From Nemertoderma westbladi (taxonomy: Eukaryota; Animalia; Xenacoelomorpha), in contig JAUCBJ010009156.1 of NCBI GenBank assembly GCA_032718475.1, positions 25,493 to 89,492 of the forward strand: a stretch of DNA of 64,000 nucleotides, given 5' to 3'. The translations under genes and the position numbers were made by a program. Shown piece after piece: positions 58,606-64,000 of the stretch (position 1 is the first letter of the stretch; the number at the start of each line of letters is the position of its first letter). A model generated the notes under the pieces. The model made no database searches, was not told where the DNA came from, and saw only the letters and a program-made list of their open reading frames with translations.

Positions 58606-59059
58606 AATAAAGTCGCGACTTTAATAATAAAGTCGCGACTAAAATAATAAAGTCGCGACTTTAATAATAAAGTCGCGACTAAAATAATAAAGTCGCGACT
58701 TTAATAATAAAGTCGCGACTAAAATAATAAAGTCGCGACTTTAATAATAAAGTCGCGACTAAAATAATAAAGTCGCGACTTTAATAATAAAGTCGCGACT
58801 AAAATAATAAAGTCGCGACTTTAATAATAAAGTCGCGACTAAAATAATAAAGTCGCGACTTTAATAATAAAGTCGCGACTAAAATAATAAAGTCGCGACT
58901 TTAATAATAAAGTCGCGACTAAAATAATAAAGTCGCGACTTTAATAATAAAGTCGCGACTAAAATAATAAAGTCGCGACTTTAATAATAAAGTTGCGACT
59001 TTAATAATAAAGTCGCGACTTTAATAATAAAGTCGCGACTTTAATAATAGAGTCGCGAC
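58606..59059. repeat. 20-bp minisatellite with alternating TT/AA variants (40-bp higher-order unit) and palindromic core AGTCGCGACT, ~23 copies
   Basis: Directly visible. Confidence 0.95.
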
Positions 59060-60407
59060 AATATTCGTGAATAAATAGCATGAAATTTGGGACGAATATA
59101 ATTAGCGAATAAAAATACAAAATGTATACCATAGACAAATGCGTGAATCCGTTATTGGCTAAAATATATGTTCTACAGTACATGTACCGTACATATATAC
59201 TGTATAAGATATCTATCTACACGTATAATGAAATAATAATATAAACAGATATGTCCTTATCCATCATAATGAAGATGGTAACATCCCATACTGTATACTC
59301 TGGTTCCAGGAAATCCCACCAATCTCTTAACTGATCTGCATTAGACTTTGCTCCCAGTATCACACAGAAGCCCAACGGCTCCTCAGCTCATTAGAACATA
59401 CCGCTTCTTTTTGTTAACTTCAAGAAGAACAACATTTTTACATTTATCTTAGACAGTCCCAAGGCGACTTGGACAGTCCTCAGGAAAATGTATGGTCGTA
59501 TGAGCATAAACTCTAAGAATGGTGTAGGGTAGGCCCACAGTACATGAGCATGGGGATGACTTTCTGCTTCCTGGAATCATGGATCCGGAAGTCAGGTGAG
59601 GACCTTTAAATAAGGGAAAGGAGATGAGCACAATTGAATGGGATGTCCAGGATTTGATATATATACAAAATCTCACAGAATACATCCGAATCTAAAGGTT
59701 AGAGCGGCAGTAAAACCAGTATGGGAGTCCATGCCGGGCTCTAACTACTGAGGACAGGACACCAAATATGTAAATGTCACATACACAAGAATGGTATGTA
59801 GGTAGGCCTCACTTTGTCAATTTCAATGCACATTTCACACATCTCTAACCAGGCAGCATAGCATTGGATGCGTCTCATTTGGTCTGTCCCCTCAAGATTC
59901 ACAGTTGAACAGAACCGCCTCCGCTTCACAAGACATTTGTCAAGCAATGAGGATCAGCCTGGTGTAGAGTACAGTGCACAATCCTGTACTTTGACAGACT
60001 CATGGAGAGAATAAGCATGGTGGACCTGGACATCCTTTGACTTGAGGCGTCTCTTAAATATGCGGATTGTAGCTGGCTTTGGTGATGCGGATAATCTCGC
60101 GAAAATCATGGGGGATGGGGAGTTATGGAAACGGAATTGTGTCGATAAGCCGGCATATCATTCTTAATGCAAACAGTATTGCAGAAAGTCGATTTGTATT
60201 TTATGATGGGGGGGGGGGGGGGGGGGGGGGGTGGCAGCACAGTTTGTTTTTTATTTAAGCCGGCATTGGCATAGCAAAATCTCAATAGCAATAATGCAGC
60301 AATACAGTAGCGGCATGCGGACTATAGTAGGAGTACAATATATGTAGTAAGTAAGTATTATTATATTGTAATATCCGTTGAATGCAGCTAACCAAAGTTG
60401 ACATTAT

Positions 60408-60478
60408 CGCCCAGGTGGGATCGAACTGGTGACCTCCAGGGTGTAAGTCCTGGAACTCTATGGCCATTCCGATAGCGT
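60408..60478 (-). pseudogene. tRNA-like sequence (pseudogene or SINE head)
   Basis: On the minus strand there is a TCCAGG/CCTGGA stem and a GTTCGATCC B box. The D arm and acceptor stem are poor. Confidence 0.4.
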
Positions 60479-61244
60479 ATATGACTATTACGTCATATAT
60501 AAAATTGTATACAGTGTGAAGATTTGGCACCGTTCTCAATATATTTGTTGTGAACCATATCCAAGAGATAGTAACTTTTACCAGTTTACATACTGTATGT
60601 ATGTAGAGAGCTACAGAGCGGTACTCTCTCTGTTTGTTAACTGTGCCAACTACTGTACAACGTAAAGTAAAGTATAAGGTAAAGCATAATTCGTTGACAG
60701 CATAAGGATAATACGGAAGTTGGATAGGGCTATATAATCCCACCCAACCAAGAAATCAACGTTGTGCGGGAGTATACTACTGTACAGTACAGTCGACCAG
60801 TAGTTTTACTTTCTGACCACTGGAATAGTGGCCAGTCTGCCAGTGGGCCTATAAATAATTTAAACATATTTCTGTATTTTCTGGAATCCAATGGTCTACC
60901 CAATCTAACCAAACCCAAAAGTTCAACTACTGTAACGTTGTAATTTAGATTGGAATATTCAGGTTTACCAATCACAGAATTAGGCTGACTGTCTGACTGT
61001 TTTACTAGGCTACTTGCTGAATTGTGTAGGCTCATAATAATTTCATAATGATGAATAACAGACAGACAGAATAATACTACTTTATCTGAATAGTGGAATA
61101 CAGGAATATAATACAGTAATACAGTAATAATAGGCCTACACATAGAATAGGCACTGTTAGAATACAGTATAGGCCTATTATTTTAGGTTAGTTAAAAATC
61201 TGTTATATTGCTGTATTGCGGCTGGGAACTTTTCAATTTTTTTT

Positions 61245-61495
61245 TGTGTTTGATGTGATATGTTGTGATTTGGTATCATTCGGCAGTTCGGTGTGGTGTG
61301 ATTTGGTTTGGTGTGATTTGGTTTTGGGATTGTTTTTTGTGATTTAATTTGTGATTTGGTGTGATTTGGTTTGTGATTTGGTGTGATTTGTTGCAGTGTT
61401 GTGTTGGTACGAGTTGGCAGGTTGGGTTGGTATTATCAGATTATTCAGTGTGATTTGGTTTGGCTGTTTGGTCAGTTGGTGTGATGTGGTTTTGG
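61245..61495 (+). repeat. Low-complexity (TGTGATTTGG)-like degenerate repeat
   Basis: Visible G/T-rich repeats. Confidence 0.7.
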
Positions 61496-62054
61496 GGCTC
61501 ATTCCTGTTTGAGTTTGGCTGTTTGGGGGCATCCATCCTCACTGCCTCAGATCCTACTGTTTTAAAAGTGGTTTGGGGGCGGTCTGGCGGTAGCTCTCTA
61601 ACTAAATAGGCAGATGAGTGGGGGTTTGGGCAGTTGTGAGCAGCTTATTTTGAATCAAAATAGTCCTAGTTTGTTAATATTTTGTTAATATAGGCCTAGT
61701 TTGCGATTTGGTGTGATTTGAGTGTTTACTGGTTTAGACGGACCCTTACTGCCTTATCAGCTTATGTCGGTAATTAATTAATTTATCTGATGGTGTGATT
61801 AGCCAAGTCAGCTAAGTGCTGTCCTGTCGTGGTTGTTGACCAGTCAGTCACATACCGGCAACCGGTAAGGTTTTCTGACTTGATAGCCTGATAGCGGATA
61901 CCACTACACCCACTGACCCAGACACCAGCTAACTACTGAACTACCGGTACTGACTCTACAGACAGATGATGAAACCGGATAGAGCCTACGACAGCGACAG
62001 AGTAGCTCTGTAGCTGCTAGGAATTCTACCGAAGTATTTATGATTTACTGATTT

Positions 62055-63859
62055 ATGTCTGCAACAACACCGTCATCTACCAGCGGAATTAAGATGTTAA
62101 TCACAATTATATATGTGTTGATTATGGTAAGTAAGAAAATAAATTAAGAACTAAGCAGCCAATTAGGCCTACGGCATATAGCTGTATAGGGCTGGGGCTG
62201 GGCATAGTTGCATAGGCCCAGGCCCCTAAGTAATAGTAAGTAATAGCCCAGTAATAAGTACCGGTAGCGGGTCCACTGTGGTCCAGGGTCTGCTGACGAT
62301 TCTCGACTCTCACTGTCTGACGTACACAAACCCCTGAGCCTGAACCCAAGCACCAAGTCTAGTCAGATAAGGTAGTTTTTTTCGAATTTTACAAACTCCC
62401 CTTCTGCCCTTCATGCATGTCATCAAATTGGTCCAAACTTTGGTAGATACCACTATTTTGGTTTGGCAGTTTGGGGATAACTATAACTGCTGAACTGTAT
62501 AACACGAACTAGACCTATCACTGTATCAGCCTATCCCTATATACAGATATATAACAGATAACTTTTACTACTTTGGTTAGACAGGACAGCTGGAAGAACA
62601 AGAACGTATACAGGTATAGGTTTAATAAGCAATAAGGTCCTGTAGGCCTACTCAGTTCTTAAATACGGTAGCGTACCGGTTCGGTATACTCCAAACCCAA
62701 CATATTAGGTCTACAGTTTGTTGTGAGTAGTACGACTTTTAAGTTGCTACCGGTACTGCAAATAATAGTATTGCAGAGTGTTTGCGTTTGTCATTTTTGG
62801 CTTTTCCGCTACCTTTTCCACATATGTTTCTTTCTCTCCGTTTTCTGCTGCTTTTTTTTTTACCTAGATCGGTTCCCGTTGTTATCTACTTTTATTGTTA
62901 AAGATTATTTCAAAAATTAAACTTTTAATAATATTCCTGTTCTTAAAAGGCTGAAAGGATGTTGTGAAGAAGGGCGCAAACATTACAACCGAAAACTTCC
63001 TTACGCGATTTGGAAATAATGAGTTTATTTGTTTCCCATTTCATTTACTATTTTCCCTTATTCCTTCAGGTCGGCCATTGTTGGGGTGCTGGTGAACTAA
63101 CTGTGGACTACAACACTACTCCAAAATCCGTTACATTGATCGGTACTGACATGCCGGAAGTGACGAAATATACCGTAGTGTACGACTATCCATCCGATGG
63201 CTCACCGACTACTCCCATAGATTGCCTTGATACTACAAGCGGAACCGATTGGGAATGCACTATTACCGGGCTGACTCCACAAACTTCATACGAATTTACC
63301 GTTAAAGGATTAAACTCTAAGGAAGAGTTAGTTGGAGACGCTGTGATTGTGTCAGTCACAACTCCTACCGAATCAGCTCTGATTCTTACCCAAAAGGCGA
63401 CGCCTACAACAGTGACTATATCCTGGGATCCGATCCAAGGGGCCACTACTTATACTGTAACTGAAGAGGATACAGATGTAATCAGATGTGCGGGTGTAAC
63501 TGATACGAACTGTGAGATTTCTAGCTTATCTCCAGGCACAGACCACTCGTTCAATGTAACAGCTTATCATAACCTAATAGCTATCGATACCAACTCTATT
63601 GCAGTAACAACAACTCCAGCGAATGTGGAAGTTACTGTCGCTAGTATTGGATTACAACAAGTAACTCTAAAATGGAACACCGTTGATGGTGCTGTAGAAT
63701 ATATTATTTGGTTCGAACCTTCTAATAACACCGAAGTCGACTGCCCTAGTCCTTGCGATGTGGACGGGTTAGCAGCTGCTACTAAGTATACTTTCAATCT
63801 CAATGTTATAGACGTCGATGGTAATGTAATAGGTACAGGAACCGTCGACCAAACTACAC
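62055..63859 (+). CDS. 5' part of a secreted or receptor protein with tandem fibronectin type III domains (continues beyond the window)
   Basis: Exon 62055-62126 (ATG...ATG|GTAAGT) splices in phase 0 to exon 63070-63859 (ends phase 1, GTTAGT). This gives the signal peptide MLITIIYVLIMVGHCWG and three FN3 repeats (ITGLTPQTSYEFTV, ISSLSPGTDHSFNV, VDGLAAATKYTFNL). Confidence 0.85.
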
Positions 63860-64000
63860 GTTAGTAACCAAACCATGTCCTTAATGAGTAGTTCCCTTTA
63901 TATTAATTGAATTGTTATGTAGAAACGGTTCAGATTAACTTGGTGCAAAAATCAGCTGTTACTTACGTCGATTATATCCTAGACGGTTGCTCCCAGCCCC

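Noticed and set aside
57600-60110. Possible coding remnants (ORF 57819-58073, and 58240-58390 and 59240-60100)
   Set aside because: They look like decayed transposon or LINE sequence, but I cannot assign a family from motifs.

Overview
Repeat-rich animal (invertebrate-like) genomic DNA with spliceosomal introns and one 100-N scaffold gap. Bases 1-12,030 hold a decayed BEL/Pao LTR retrotransposon. Between pol and its 3' LTR it carries a hairpin minisatellite and an intact extra ORF that reads as a DEDDy-type 3'-5' exonuclease plus three CCHC zinc knuckles, and a truncated gag-like ORF follows the LTR. Bases 12,966-39,556 hold an 8-exon BACE (beta-secretase)-like aspartic protease gene. It has two intronless antisense genes nested in its introns (an EGF/Ig type-I membrane protein and a C18orf63/DUF4708 homolog). 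Two consecutive introns consist almost entirely of tandem copies of the preceding exon end plus its splice donor, and one of these arrays repeats the catalytic DSG motif about 125 times. Downstream lie PPCDC, a probably artefactual duplicate of C18orf63 next to the gap, intronless eIF3a and MRNIP, and the start of a secreted or receptor FN3 gene. Many MITEs, foldback elements, SINEs and LINE fragments are interspersed. All family assignments come from motif recognition by eye, and copy numbers are length/unit estimates.
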